46,088 nt of DNA from a virus (lineage: Duplodnaviria > Caudoviricetes), in IMG/VR virus record IMGVR_UViG_3300037473_000433, positions 1-46,088 of that record; one strand, written 5' to 3'. This document shows, one piece after another, positions 34,055 to 44,244 of the stretch. The notes below the pieces were generated by a model. The model saw only the letters and a program-made list of their open reading frames with translations, was not told the DNA's origin and made no database searches. Made by a program: the position numbers and the translations under genes. Numbering within the stretch: position 1 is the first letter of the stretch; every line of letters starts with the position of its first letter.

Positions 34055-35989
34055 TCAGGCGGCAACCAGCGCGCCGACCGTAGTTAGCCCCGCTGCATCT
34101 GTCACGACGCGTTTCTGCTCGACGACGCCAGCCCGGCTGTACAACTGCTGCAGGCCAGTGTTCGTGTCCTGGTCATGCTTATTCGTAGCATCCTTATAAA
34201 TCCAACGCAGAATTTCCGCCAGCGTCGGGGTGTCCGTTGGGGTTCCAATTCCGGGGATTGCATATGTATCCCCGTTCATGACGTCCAGAAGTTCGGCGTT
34301 GACGTCTGCCTTAGCCTGCGTCGCCAACGAACCGATTGAACCGACGACATTCCCCCCGACATTGCCCGTCACGCTGCCCACGGCGCCCGTTGTGCTGAAC
34401 GTCTGCGACGCCGCCAGCGTAACCAGCCCGGACGCGGTATCCAGTTCCCCGGCCGCCGTGCCGTCGACAATCCGTATCCGACCGTTGGCGTCCGTCGACA
34501 GGGCATAGGAACCGCCCGTAATTGCATCCCGAATCTCTGTAACGGCAGACGACGCCAGGCCAGTTGCCGTCAGCCAATCCGTCCCGAAGTCTGCCGCGGC
34601 CAGCGCAAACCCCAGGGCGGACAACGTACGCGTCCCATTGGCCCAGACGCCCGCGTTTGTCGCGCGGCCCGAAATCGCTGCGTCCAGGTAGGTTCCCAGC
34701 AAAAACCCAGCCGTGCCGGCACCGTACAGCCCCGGAACGGTTGTCGACCAGGGATCGCCTGCCGACCCGGCAGCATTCAGCGCAGCCCCGGTTGTCCCCG
34801 ATGTCAGGTGGGCAGACAGGGTAACGTCCCAGGCGTCGGCGATATTTGTGAGCGTCGTCACCGTGTCCGCCAGCGTAACCCGGCTGATATGCCCGGACGC
34901 GTTGATCCCCAGCAGCGGGAAATTGTTCGGGAATGATGGAACGTTGGCGAGATTAGCGTTGTTGATATTGTCCATGTACCCGGCCCGCGCGGCCGTCAGG
35001 CGACTGAGCAGCGTCGTGACGCCGGACGAATCAGACGGGGCGTTCGTCAATGTTGTCGCCGTGTCCGTCAACACGACGTGCGCAATCGCACCCGACGTCG
35101 TATCGATTTCCCCTGCCCCGGTTCCGTCGACAATCCGAATCCGCCCGTTCGCGTCGGTCGAAAGAGCATAGGCGCCGCCAGTAATCAGGGCCTGCAATTC
35201 AGCTCCGGCAGACGCGGCCAATGACGTAGAGTTCACTGCGTCAGTACCAAGCGCCGTCGCGGTCCCGATCGTCGTTCCGGACAGATTGACTGTCGTTGTC
35301 GGGCCGCCGATGTTCGCCCAATCGATCCCAGCCTCGCCCGTGGAAGTAACGTCAAGCGTTCTGCCGGCAGTCGTTGGCTGCAGCGGCATTGCCCGCATCA
35401 CAGAAATATTGTCCTTAGCCGCGATTGTAAACGTCGGCGCGGCCGCCAGGGTGACGGTCTTCGTCGACCCGGTATAGGCCGAAATAATCCCGAATGACAT
35501 TTGCACGGCGCTTGCCGCGTCGTGAATCACAACCTCACGGCCGACAAGCGCATTGTCCTCCGCCGGCCCATTCGTAAGCGTAAAACTGGTTTGGCTCGAA
35601 AGCGTGGCAATCGTCGTATCGAGAACGGACCCCTCCTCACCGATACGAAACGTCGCCGCAAGAAAACTCATGGTCTGCGAGTCGACCGTGATGGTCGAAA
35701 CCACAACGAGATACCTCGATCCGCTCGCCCAGAAATCCGCAGTCGTATTATCTGACAGATCGATCGAGAACCCGTGGATGCCGGTGATTCCGTCAATATC
35801 AATCCCATCGGTATCGAGCAGCGTGAATCCGGACGCGCTCGCGCGCTGCGTCATATTCCCGTCTTTGTAAACGAGAATATCCGACGTCGCGAGTCCCGTA
35901 ATCGTGATCGGCGCCCCCGTCGAACTCGCAAATGATTCGAAGGGGATATAAATCGTCGATCCGGGCTGAACCTTATAGAAATTGATCAT
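34055..35989 (-). CDS. Thr/Ala/Gly-rich putative virion fibre or decoration protein with internal duplication
   Basis: 644 aa; ITGG(A/S)YALSTDANGRIRIVDGT(G/A)AGE(I/L)DT occurs twice. Confidence 0.65.
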   Translation of the reverse strand: MINFYKVQPGSTIYIPFESFASSTGAPITITGLATSDILVYKDGNMTQRASASGFTLLDTDGIDIDGITGIHGFSIDLSDNTTADFWASGSRYLVVVSTITVDSQTMSFLAATFRIGEEGSVLDTTIATLSSQTSFTLTNGPAEDNALVGREVVIHDAASAVQMSFGIISAYTGSTKTVTLAAAPTFTIAAKDNISVMRAMPLQPTTAGRTLDVTSTGEAGIDWANIGGPTTTVNLSGTTIGTATALGTDAVNSTSLAASAGAELQALITGGAYALSTDANGRIRIVDGTGAGEIDTTSGAIAHVVLTDTATTLTNAPSDSSGVTTLLSRLTAARAGYMDNINNANLANVPSFPNNFPLLGINASGHISRVTLADTVTTLTNIADAWDVTLSAHLTSGTTGAALNAAGSAGDPWSTTVPGLYGAGTAGFLLGTYLDAAISGRATNAGVWANGTRTLSALGFALAAADFGTDWLTATGLASSAVTEIRDAITGGSYALSTDANGRIRIVDGTAAGELDTASGLVTLAASQTFSTTGAVGSVTGNVGGNVVGSIGSLATQAKADVNAELLDVMNGDTYAIPGIGTPTDTPTLAEILRWIYKDATNKHDQDTNTGLQQLYSRAGVVEQKRVVTDAAGLTTVGALVAA

Positions 35990-35993
35990 TCTT

Positions 35994-37073
35994 TCAGTTC
36001 CGAACTAGCTTACCTGGACCAGTCAATGGGCCGCCCCCGCTGCCCCCGCCATCGCTGACCTGATCAAGCAGCAGGGACATTAATGTACGATGCGTCGTCG
36101 AGTCCGTAAATGCCCCCGTATCTGTTCTCTGGCATTGGTAAAAATCAGAACCGCCGCCGAGAACCGCGAGATAAGCCTGGGCCTGGACAGTAACCTCACG
36201 GAGAATCAGGCTGGTTGCCGTTGTTGGAATTACCTCTACGCGATACCACGTATTCGCCGTGATACTGACTGGTGTGCCGAAATAGCCCACGGCACGACCA
36301 AACACCGTCGCTGATCGATCAACAGCACGATAGGTAGGAGAAACCCCTAGCTGCGTCCCCGAGTCATCCGTAACGGCGATTGTAAAATCACCATCCATGT
36401 CGACGTTCAGCATGAGCCCGACGATGCGGGTCGGGAATGTCAATCTGAATCTATTGCCGTAGCGGTTTGGCGATGATCCGTTGTTGTAGGTAATGTTGGC
36501 CCACGTCATGATCGCCAGATTGTCGATCACCTGGTAGACAGCCCCGTTGCTATCCTTAAAGGAAACAATCGAGCACTGCGTTGCGTTTTTAACCCATGCC
36601 CCCGTGTTAAAAACGTCGACATAGTTGTTGCTGACCTTTGGGGTCCATGTCGTCGATCCGTTGGCCGTGGAAACGATGTTTCCAGCAAAGGTGGATCCCA
36701 CAGGCCGACGAATGACGAAGGCCACAAGCTGACCGCCCGCGACTACCGCATTAGCCGTCAGCGCCTTTTCAAGCCAGACGTTATCATCGGTAGCATTGAC
36801 GGTGATTGTGCCTGACGTATTCGTTGCCCACAATGTGCCGGAGGGATCACCACTGGCGTCGAGTGTTTGCACCTCAACAATCAAATCGCCGCCAGTAGTG
36901 ACAGTCCCGGTCTTAAACATCAGGGTCGCAATGTTCATGCCGTATGGCACGACAAGCACGCCCGCAATTGCTTCATTATCTGCATCAATCAGGGTTGATC
37001 CCAACGATGGGGAGGTACTTCCCTGATTACTCAGATAGGGATGCTCAAACGGGCTAATGGTCTGCATTGCCAT
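35994..37073 (-). CDS. Beta-rich putative virion/receptor-binding protein
   Basis: 359 aa, Thr/Gly/Val-rich; two similar halves ending in GGQLVAFVI and ANTWYRVEV; C-terminal GGGSGGG. Confidence 0.55.
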   Translation of the reverse strand: MAMQTISPFEHPYLSNQGSTSPSLGSTLIDADNEAIAGVLVVPYGMNIATLMFKTGTVTTGGDLIVEVQTLDASGDPSGTLWATNTSGTITVNATDDNVWLEKALTANAVVAGGQLVAFVIRRPVGSTFAGNIVSTANGSTTWTPKVSNNYVDVFNTGAWVKNATQCSIVSFKDSNGAVYQVIDNLAIMTWANITYNNGSSPNRYGNRFRLTFPTRIVGLMLNVDMDGDFTIAVTDDSGTQLGVSPTYRAVDRSATVFGRAVGYFGTPVSITANTWYRVEVIPTTATSLILREVTVQAQAYLAVLGGGSDFYQCQRTDTGAFTDSTTHRTLMSLLLDQVSDGGGSGGGPLTGPGKLVRN

Positions 37074-37078
37074 TGCGA

Positions 37079-37372
37079 TTACTCGACGTCCCGAACCTTG
37101 AAAATGTTTCCGTTCGAATCAGCCCAGTCCCAGAAGAAGTATTTGTCGTTGATGATTGATGGATCGCTGAGCGTCGGATCCCGTTTCCACCAATAAACAC
37201 CGATTGCCTCGCCCGTCGATACGGACAGCGGCGATCCACCATCCCACGATTCGCAGTTCGCGACAAAGTCGGCGACGGGGATCGTATCCCCAACCCCGTC
37301 GATCTGAATCAGGATGGTCGGTACTTCCCCCGATGCGTCGATCACAACATCCGTCACATGCTTGACGATCAC
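37079..37372 (-). CDS. Acidic hypothetical protein
   Basis: 97 aa, GTG start after AGGAGG. Confidence 0.6.
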   Translation of the reverse strand: MIVKHVTDVVIDASGEVPTILIQIDGVGDTIPVADFVANCESWDGGSPLSVSTGEAIGVYWWKRDPTLSDPSIINDKYFFWDWADSNGNIFKVRDVE

Positions 37373-37376
37373 GTTT

Positions 37377-40118
37377 TTACCCTCCTAAAGGACTCACCCG
37401 AATTGTCGTCACAATCCTGTAGACCCCATCGACTGGGGTCGCCGTCACATAGACGGTGTAAAATCCGCCGGCCAGAATCTGCTGATCGCGCGGCAATACC
37501 TGCCATTCCGCAGTTCCCGCAACATTGTACAGCGTTCGATCGTATTCCTCAGCCCAGAGATTATCCGTCTCTCCTCCTCGGAAGGTCACCTCTGCCGGCG
37601 TAGCATCCCACGTCATTTCAGCAGTAGCCTGGCCGTTCGAAAACGTGACGGAGCTGTCGCTGATCACCGGCCTCAGCGGCGTCGGCCAGGACGACATCGG
37701 GACGTATCCGGGTTTCGGGACGCATTCATCCGTAATCGTAATCGTGTTGGTGTCCCGATCGTATTCGAACGTTCGCAGCATACGCGTGACGACGCCTGGA
37801 TAATGCTGCGTTAAATCAGCAACATACGCATTCCCGACTTTTTTGAATGATCCTACCTTAACCCGACGCGGGACATCATCCCCGCTGAGAGGGACAACAA
37901 TCTTCCCGGTTGCCGCGACGCGAATCATCGGCAGGATTGCCCGCCCTGGACCGGAATAGCCATGCGCGTATATTCCCGAACGATCGGCGATGAGCGGCAG
38001 GCCCCCTGACCAAATCATCACATTGCCGCTGGCCGTCGCCCGGTACATTTGTTCCGAGCAACCAAAAAACACCCTGGTCGCGCCGTCCGTCCAGTCTGAT
38101 CGATCGTAATAAAGTCCTGTCGACTGGACGTAATACTCAGAAATCAAACCGAGTTCAACCGGAGTCTTTGGTTTGACCCGCGGATCGCCGACGATGCATC
38201 GCCAGAAAAATTCATCGAACGCGGGCTGTCCTGCGTACTGAACCTGCGTCAACAGCCATGCAGATATTGCAGCGACCTGCGGACGCGGGTCGCCCGTCCC
38301 GCCCGCCAGCCAGAACGGATTCCGCATCCAGTCGTTGCCGTTGGCATACGTCGGCATCAATTTCAGTCGCGGTTTGCCGTTATAGGGCAATGCGACGCAT
38401 TGATGCAGGTAGAGCAACGACACATCAGAAAGAAATGGATAGTTCAGGGATTTGAAATCGCCGGTCGCCGTCTGCCAGGCGTGACGAACGGCCAGGAAAC
38501 CAAGCTGATCCCCGAGGTATCCCCAGTCCTCATTATTTCCGCCGCCGACGAGCCAATTCCGTTCGTACTCGCGGTTGTAAAATCCGCCGATTCCCTTTTT
38601 CTCGGGCGGGGGAATTGCCCACCAATTTTCATCCCAATATTTCTGAACCCAGTCCGTCGTGGTTTCCCCGTAAACCGCGATGGCGACCGTCATCCCGGCG
38701 CCAGAATCCTGGTTGTAGCCGGCCCAGTAACGATTTGGATTTTGAACCGGAATTTTGACTGGGTCGCCCTTCGCATCGACTGCGATTTGCGGAAACCCAT
38801 CTGTGTTCGGGGCTGCCCATTTATATCTGACCGTCGTGTAGGCGGCTGATAGGGCCTCAATCAACGTCGCGCGAATTGTCGCGCGCTGGGCATCTGTCAT
38901 GTCGTTGTACAGCCAGTCGTACAGCGTCGCGAGCGGATGCAGGTGATTGATTTCGTAATGCGTTCCCGCCAGATTGATTTGCGTCTGGGCCATGACCAGC
39001 GCCTTCGAAATGGCGCGATCGCGGTATTGTTCAGCGGTGTATTTGTACTTTGCTGGCGGGGGCAGCGGGGGTAGGCCGCCTTCCTTCGACAGCAACCACA
39101 GCGCGGCGCAATCCAGCGGGGTTTCGGTTTTTCGCGTGTCCGCGTCCGTATCTGCAATCGCTGCGAGATCGCTGAGAACCTTGGGCGCAGCGAGAAGGCG
39201 CTGGCGAATGTCGCTGTGCCAGTACAACCGCGGATGATCCGGACGGATTTTATATGTGGTGGTCGGGGGCGGGTCGACAGGGGGTGGCTGGACGTCGTCA
39301 CTGACGATCGTCAACGATGCGTCCCCAATCATCAATGTCTCGTCGTCCTCAATATCCGAATCATCGATAATCTGAATCGGGACGACGCGTCGCGTTTCGC
39401 CAACGGCAAACGTAATCCGGGGCGGGGCGTCATAATCCCCCGTCCCTGCAGTCCCCCGAAACGTCAGATCAATGACAAACTCATTTACCCACGCCTTGGA
39501 AAGCGTGACGATCAGATCAGCCGATTTTCCCTCAGCAACTGTCGTCGGATCAAACGCGTACGAAACTGTCGGCGGGGGCGGAAGGTCATAACTGTTGATC
39601 AGGAGTTTTGCGTCGCCGCCGACAAATTGTTTTGCGCCGACAAAACTGGAAATCGTCGCGATGATCGTTTCCTGGGGCTCGACCAGGTCATCCGATTTTC
39701 CGCGGATGATGATCTGCGCGCCCTCCTGTCCGGCGGGGATAGTCAGCGTAGTTGCAGACGCCTCGTAATCATCCCCGCCGGCAGTTCCCGAAAAACCGAT
39801 TTCGACTGTGACAGGATTTTTCCATTTCTTGGACAGGCGCACCACCAACGGGGTTTGTCCGTCGTCCTCATCGATTTCGGATTTATCGAACGCCAGGGAA
39901 ACATCCGGCGGGGTTTTTCCATCTGCATATTTCTGCCAGGCGGCGTCGATCTTTGCCGTTTCAGCCAGTCGAATAGCTGCGGACGACGCGCGAATCTGGG
40001 CCTGGGCATCAGCGCGGATCGCATCGAGTTCCGCCTGCAGCGCCTCATCCTCAGGCGTCAGTTGCGCGTACACGACAGACGGCATGAGCACCGTCAGCAG
40101 AAACAGAAACTTTCGCAT
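37377..40118 (-). CDS. Secreted protein: signal peptide, two Calx-beta-like domains, heparinase II/III or alginate-lyase-like region
   Basis: MRKFLFLLTVLMPSVVYA signal; GTAGGDDY...DDLVEPQETI and GTAGTGDY...DDSDIEDDETL; PDHPRLYW; YYDRSDWTDGAT. Confidence 0.65.
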   Translation of the reverse strand: MRKFLFLLTVLMPSVVYAQLTPEDEALQAELDAIRADAQAQIRASSAAIRLAETAKIDAAWQKYADGKTPPDVSLAFDKSEIDEDDGQTPLVVRLSKKWKNPVTVEIGFSGTAGGDDYEASATTLTIPAGQEGAQIIIRGKSDDLVEPQETIIATISSFVGAKQFVGGDAKLLINSYDLPPPPTVSYAFDPTTVAEGKSADLIVTLSKAWVNEFVIDLTFRGTAGTGDYDAPPRITFAVGETRRVVPIQIIDDSDIEDDETLMIGDASLTIVSDDVQPPPVDPPPTTTYKIRPDHPRLYWHSDIRQRLLAAPKVLSDLAAIADTDADTRKTETPLDCAALWLLSKEGGLPPLPPPAKYKYTAEQYRDRAISKALVMAQTQINLAGTHYEINHLHPLATLYDWLYNDMTDAQRATIRATLIEALSAAYTTVRYKWAAPNTDGFPQIAVDAKGDPVKIPVQNPNRYWAGYNQDSGAGMTVAIAVYGETTTDWVQKYWDENWWAIPPPEKKGIGGFYNREYERNWLVGGGNNEDWGYLGDQLGFLAVRHAWQTATGDFKSLNYPFLSDVSLLYLHQCVALPYNGKPRLKLMPTYANGNDWMRNPFWLAGGTGDPRPQVAAISAWLLTQVQYAGQPAFDEFFWRCIVGDPRVKPKTPVELGLISEYYVQSTGLYYDRSDWTDGATRVFFGCSEQMYRATASGNVMIWSGGLPLIADRSGIYAHGYSGPGRAILPMIRVAATGKIVVPLSGDDVPRRVKVGSFKKVGNAYVADLTQHYPGVVTRMLRTFEYDRDTNTITITDECVPKPGYVPMSSWPTPLRPVISDSSVTFSNGQATAEMTWDATPAEVTFRGGETDNLWAEEYDRTLYNVAGTAEWQVLPRDQQILAGGFYTVYVTATPVDGVYRIVTTIRVSPLGG

Positions 40119-40119
40119 G

Positions 40120-40236
40120 TTAGTGGGCTCGGGAAAGAATGGAGACGATGAAGGAAATGACTGCCCCAGATATGTTAAATCCAAGGCCGAACAGCAACCC
40201 GATCAGAACGGTTCGGAACGAAACTTCGAGATTCAT
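40120..40236 (-). CDS. 38-aa membrane peptide
   Basis: MNLEVSFRTVLIGLLFGLGFNISGAVISFIVSILSRAH*; ATGA overlap with the upstream stop. Confidence 0.45.
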   Translation of the reverse strand: MNLEVSFRTVLIGLLFGLGFNISGAVISFIVSILSRAH

Positions 40237-41264
40237 GATGAATTCTCCCAAACCAACATTTGGCGATAACCAGACGGGCACGATGCGCAGGGAACAGATC
40301 GCATGACCCATCGTCCCTGCGGGGCGACAACAGTTTGCGCCTGACGATTCAATTGTTGCTGAATGGCATTGCACATCTGACAGCGGGGGTTGTTGCAGAC
40401 GCGGCCGGTGTATGCCTGGCCGTCATATATGGCGACCGGCTGTTGCTGAACAGCCCGGGGCTGCCGCCAGATCCATACATCCCCATTCTGCTGCATCTGC
40501 AGACCATCGACTGGGTGGAACGGGGTTGCAAAACGATTCAGCTTGAGCAGCCGCGGTTTCAGTTTCGTGAGCAGATCGGGGTACAAATAAGCAACGCCGA
40601 CGTCCCCCTCGACCCTAGCCGTCAACACATCCCCCTCGATAACCTGAACCCTGCCGAATACCCCAGCCTCGTCTGCCGCCCGACGCGCACGATCAACCTG
40701 CAGCGGATCGATTTCAATACCCACAGCGCGGCAATTGTAAATCCGCGCCGCCTCAATCAACCAGCGGCCATCACCGCAACCAAAATCGACAAACGTCTCG
40801 TGGGGTTGCGGATTCAATAGGGCCAACACACGACGGATTTCGGGGATCGGCGTTGGAGATTGGCCGACATTCGTCCCGGCCCGTCCGGAAATTATCAGCG
40901 GGACCTCGTCCCGTCGAAAATTCGCAAGGCCGGTAATCTGGTCATCCTGACTGTACCGATACAGAGGGAATTGCCGCGGCCCGGCGGCGGTGCTGTAATG
41001 CAACGTCGGGGTCGATTGAACCCAGTCCGGTTTATCCTTCTGAACAACCAGCCGAATTTCAGGAATCGCCCCAGCCTCTAGCAATTTCTTAGCGCGTTCG
41101 CAGGGAACGCAACCCGGCGCCGAATAAAGAACCACAAACGGGCGGGTATCCAGTTCCGCCTGCGCAGATTTTACCGACGCATCGAATAAATCGAATTTCT
41201 GCGTCGGATCGTCAAACAGATCAAATTGTCCCGCCAGGGCGGCGGCAAGGATGATTGCGTTCAT
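40233..41264 (-). CDS. Thioredoxin/glutaredoxin-like domain fused to a class I SAM-dependent methyltransferase
   Basis: YSAPGCVPCERAK (CxxC); motif I FVDFGCGDGR, VGIEID, VAYLYP; signal-like N-terminus; Cys-rich tail. Confidence 0.8.
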   Translation of the reverse strand: MNAIILAAALAGQFDLFDDPTQKFDLFDASVKSAQAELDTRPFVVLYSAPGCVPCERAKKLLEAGAIPEIRLVVQKDKPDWVQSTPTLHYSTAAGPRQFPLYRYSQDDQITGLANFRRDEVPLIISGRAGTNVGQSPTPIPEIRRVLALLNPQPHETFVDFGCGDGRWLIEAARIYNCRAVGIEIDPLQVDRARRAADEAGVFGRVQVIEGDVLTARVEGDVGVAYLYPDLLTKLKPRLLKLNRFATPFHPVDGLQMQQNGDVWIWRQPRAVQQQPVAIYDGQAYTGRVCNNPRCQMCNAIQQQLNRQAQTVVAPQGRWVMRSVPCASCPSGYRQMLVWENSS

Positions 41265-41267
41265 GAT

Positions 41268-42170
41268 TTAGAAAATATCGAATTTATCGAGTTCATCGGA
41301 TTGCGCCGGCATGCCCTTAATATCGCTGACGGCATACCATTCGCCCTCATCCAGCATCTCCTCCATTTTCCGCCGACGCAACGGCCCCGCGCAACGCGGA
41401 CAATCCTCAATCCGCATCCCGGGAATCGGGGGCCAGGAACCGTTGTTGTACACGACGTATGGATCGGAAATCGAATCGTCGTATCCGTCGATCGTCGTGC
41501 AGTGCCCGCCGGACATCGTTTGAATCAGATATCCATCCGACGCCCGACGTTCGAAAATTTGATTCGAACCCCCGACGATCGGTTCCCCGTTGTACAACGC
41601 GGTACAGATTTCATCCCATGTCGTAACCGGCGCCGCGTCCAGTAATGGGAATTCCCGGGCAATGGGTTCCAGTTGATCGGGAATCCCTACGCCGGGACGT
41701 CCCCAATACTCAGCGAGATTGTCGTTATACTGGGTTAAATCAATGGCGCCGTATTTCTGACGCCAGAGAAATCCATACTGCATCGCGGCCTTGATGCCCC
41801 AGGAAACGACTAGACCGCCGTTGTTCCTAAGACGCCCCCGGCCGATTTCATTTCTCCCCAGCCCATACAACGGTTCGGACGCAATAATCCCGGGGACCTG
41901 CTCCCGCATCCCCTTCAGGGCAATGCGGATGCACATCAACATCATCGCCGAGCGCTGAATTCCCTTGGAAACGCACGTCGGGCCGGTTTGAATTTCCTCG
42001 AAATCCCGACCCAGAACGGTACGCTGATACGGCCAGAAAAACCGCTTCTTACCACGGCCAGATTCCCGGGGCAGATCGCCGTAGGTTTTAATTGCCAGTG
42101 ATCGTTTGAAAACCGTTTCCTCTGCGGGGATATAAACCGCCCCGCAGAGTTTTGATTTATCCAGGGGCAT
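41268..42170 (-). CDS. Papain-like (C1-type) cysteine peptidase
   Basis: Q-x4-C (QTGPTCVS), GGHCTTIDGYDD (His), NNGSW (Asn). Confidence 0.75.
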   Translation of the reverse strand: MPLDKSKLCGAVYIPAEETVFKRSLAIKTYGDLPRESGRGKKRFFWPYQRTVLGRDFEEIQTGPTCVSKGIQRSAMMLMCIRIALKGMREQVPGIIASEPLYGLGRNEIGRGRLRNNGGLVVSWGIKAAMQYGFLWRQKYGAIDLTQYNDNLAEYWGRPGVGIPDQLEPIAREFPLLDAAPVTTWDEICTALYNGEPIVGGSNQIFERRASDGYLIQTMSGGHCTTIDGYDDSISDPYVVYNNGSWPPIPGMRIEDCPRCAGPLRRRKMEEMLDEGEWYAVSDIKGMPAQSDELDKFDIF

Positions 42171-42172
42171 AG

Positions 42173-43015
42173 TTATTGGTCCCCCGCGGCAACGAGGCCC
42201 GTACGGATTTCCTCGAAGGCGGTTGCAACCGCCATCAAATCCGTTGTCGCGAGTTTTCGGGTTTGAACCAGATCATTCAACGCGGCGCCAATGGCGTTCG
42301 TTACGGGCATCCATGCCTGTTCAACGCCGTTCCGCGTCGCCTGCGTTCTGGATTTCAGTTCCGCGTTCGCATCTGCAAATGTCACGAGCTGTTTAGTACG
42401 GATGCGATTAGCGACAAACCCAAAATCCATTCCCAATTTCTGGGCCAGTTTTCGATCGATCCCCGGCGTGGAAATAACAGCCTGCCGCGTCAATTCCGCC
42501 AGGCCGTATTGTCCCGGGGGCAGCGGGGCGGGCATCGGTTTAACCGGATCGACGGGTTTGACAGGATCGACAGGCCCCGGGACAACCGCCCCCGTCAGAA
42601 CGATCGTCCGTTCAACCTGCGAAATCGACGGCGTCCCGTCTGTCCCGCATTTCGCGATGGACAGAATGAACGTGTATTTACCCGGCGTCGGGCTGGCAAA
42701 ATAGGCGATCCGTCCATTTTCCGCGACGTCGAACATTCCCGGGGACGCCCCCACCAGAATCCATTTGAACGCCTGGGCATCCGTCGCGGATGCGTCCAGT
42801 TTGATTAATGATCCGGCCGGCGCCGTTTCTGACGGGGTCGTGGATACCACGGCAGAAATATCCGTCTCCGCCGCAACGGATTTGGCGGCCGGCCGGTGAA
42901 TTCGCCGCGGCTGAATGACGGTAACGGGTTCTGCCCCATCGTCCTGTCCAACCATCGCCGCCGGCATGAACAATAATGGGCAGAACAGAAACGCAAGATG
43001 AAGCATTCGTCGCAT
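42173..43015 (-). CDS. Secreted protein with PKD/Ig-like domain, PVDP linker and helical C-terminal domain
   Basis: Signal-like MRRMLHLAFLFCPLLF; LIKLDAS...FKW...PGKYTFIL; PVDPVKPVDPVKP. Confidence 0.65.
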   Translation of the reverse strand: MRRMLHLAFLFCPLLFMPAAMVGQDDGAEPVTVIQPRRIHRPAAKSVAAETDISAVVSTTPSETAPAGSLIKLDASATDAQAFKWILVGASPGMFDVAENGRIAYFASPTPGKYTFILSIAKCGTDGTPSISQVERTIVLTGAVVPGPVDPVKPVDPVKPMPAPLPPGQYGLAELTRQAVISTPGIDRKLAQKLGMDFGFVANRIRTKQLVTFADANAELKSRTQATRNGVEQAWMPVTNAIGAALNDLVQTRKLATTDLMAVATAFEEIRTGLVAAGDQ

Positions 43016-43060
43016 GATTTTCCCTCGGTGAAAATCGATCAATGGGCGGAAACGAAACGA

Positions 43061-43456
43061 TCAGAAAATGTCGAAGTTGTCGGGGTCCTGGAACGGCAGC
43101 AGCGACGCCGCGAAATCAATCTGTTCCTGCGGCGTAGATGCCCTGGCCACGGACACGACAGCGTTAATGGCGGCCGTCGCATTCGCATCAGGGTTTTTAA
43201 TTTTGTCCGCTCGAACCCGGCGGGCGAATCGCGCCCGGAGGGCAGATTGCTGAAATGGTCCCAACGCCTTAACCCGGGCAACCGCCTCCTCAGGCGTCGG
43301 TTGCTGCGTACAGCCCGTCACCAGCCCCATCAGAAAATCAATCAGCGTCGTAGTAATTGCCGGATCGAGCTGCGGAAACGATTTCCTGGCCTCAGTCTCG
43401 AACCTGGATGTAAAACCCGAAAGGGCCTGCGGGGCTGCTGGGGTCGTAGGGGGCAT
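43061..43456 (-). CDS. Hypothetical protein
   Basis: 131 aa, GAGGA Shine-Dalgarno. Confidence 0.6.
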   Translation of the reverse strand: MPPTTPAAPQALSGFTSRFETEARKSFPQLDPAITTTLIDFLMGLVTGCTQQPTPEEAVARVKALGPFQQSALRARFARRVRADKIKNPDANATAAINAVVSVARASTPQEQIDFAASLLPFQDPDNFDIF

Positions 43457-43486
43457 TTGTCTATCCTCGGAATAGAATGAAACGGT

Positions 43487-43924
43487 TTAGTTTTGGCCGT
43501 CGTCATACGGCGGCATTGGGGATGTTTTAATCGGCCCGCGTAGCGCCTGGTTCGTCTTTTTAATTTCGAGCAGAACTGAACCAAGGGAAGTGTTCTGCTC
43601 GCGAATCAACGTTTGCGTTTCCTTCTGCAGGCGATGGGATTCCTCAGTCCCTACCTTGATGTCCGACAGCCCCCCCTTTATGTCGCGCATCAAATCCGTC
43701 TGATCCTCAACGGCCGTCGCCACCTTCATGGCGGCCTCGGCGGAAAGTTTTCTGTCAATGCGATCCTGATCGTGGTCTGGCTTGTAAATCCAGATCATCC
43801 ACCAACCGAAAAAAACGAAACAGATTGACAAAATCGCTGACGGGGCACCATACCGCTCAAACGATCGCCCCAGCCCATTGACTGAATCCGAAAGTTTTTT
43901 GCCGTCGGCAACCATCATTCGCAC
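43487..43924 (-). CDS. Single-TM plus coiled-coil membrane protein (holin-like position)
   Basis: YGAPSAILSICFVFFGWWMIWI hydrophobic segment, then heptads. Confidence 0.6.
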   Translation of the reverse strand: MRMMVADGKKLSDSVNGLGRSFERYGAPSAILSICFVFFGWWMIWIYKPDHDQDRIDRKLSAEAAMKVATAVEDQTDLMRDIKGGLSDIKVGTEESHRLQKETQTLIREQNTSLGSVLLEIKKTNQALRGPIKTSPMPPYDDGQN

Positions 43925-44244
43925 CCTGCGTTATCGATTGACTGTTGAATGGCAACCATGCCGACATTGAGGGAATCCAGCAACGCCTGCTGGATCCCGC
44001 GGCCCGCGTACAACGAGACCAGCCAGGAATACATCCCGGCCAGTCCCGGGTTCGTCATCATGTATTCCGCGGCCTTAGTTCCGGCCGCCTGCGCATCAAT
44101 GGGTACCGGGGCGTTCGTATCCGCCCCATAGATCGCGATAATTTGAACAGTGATCGACGTGTTCAAATTTGCAATCGTCGTTTCGGTGGTATCGATATAC
44201 TCCTGCTGCTGAGTTTTCGCAGCCAACAGCTCCGGACATCCCAT
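43915..44244 (-). CDS. Helical hypothetical protein
   Basis: 109 aa, tightly coupled to its neighbours. Confidence 0.55.
   Translation of the reverse strand: MGCPELLAAKTQQQEYIDTTETTIANLNTSITVQIIAIYGADTNAPVPIDAQAAGTKAAEYMMTNPGLAGMYSWLVSLYAGRGIQQALLDSLNVGMVAIQQSIDNAGCE

Noticed and set aside
34437-35185. Diversity-generating retroelement TR/VR pair
   Set aside because: Both copies are in frame in one gene, differences are mostly synonymous rather than adenine-specific, and no reverse transcriptase is seen
39216-40151. 311-aa plus-strand ORF
   Set aside because: Antisense shadow of the Calx-beta region
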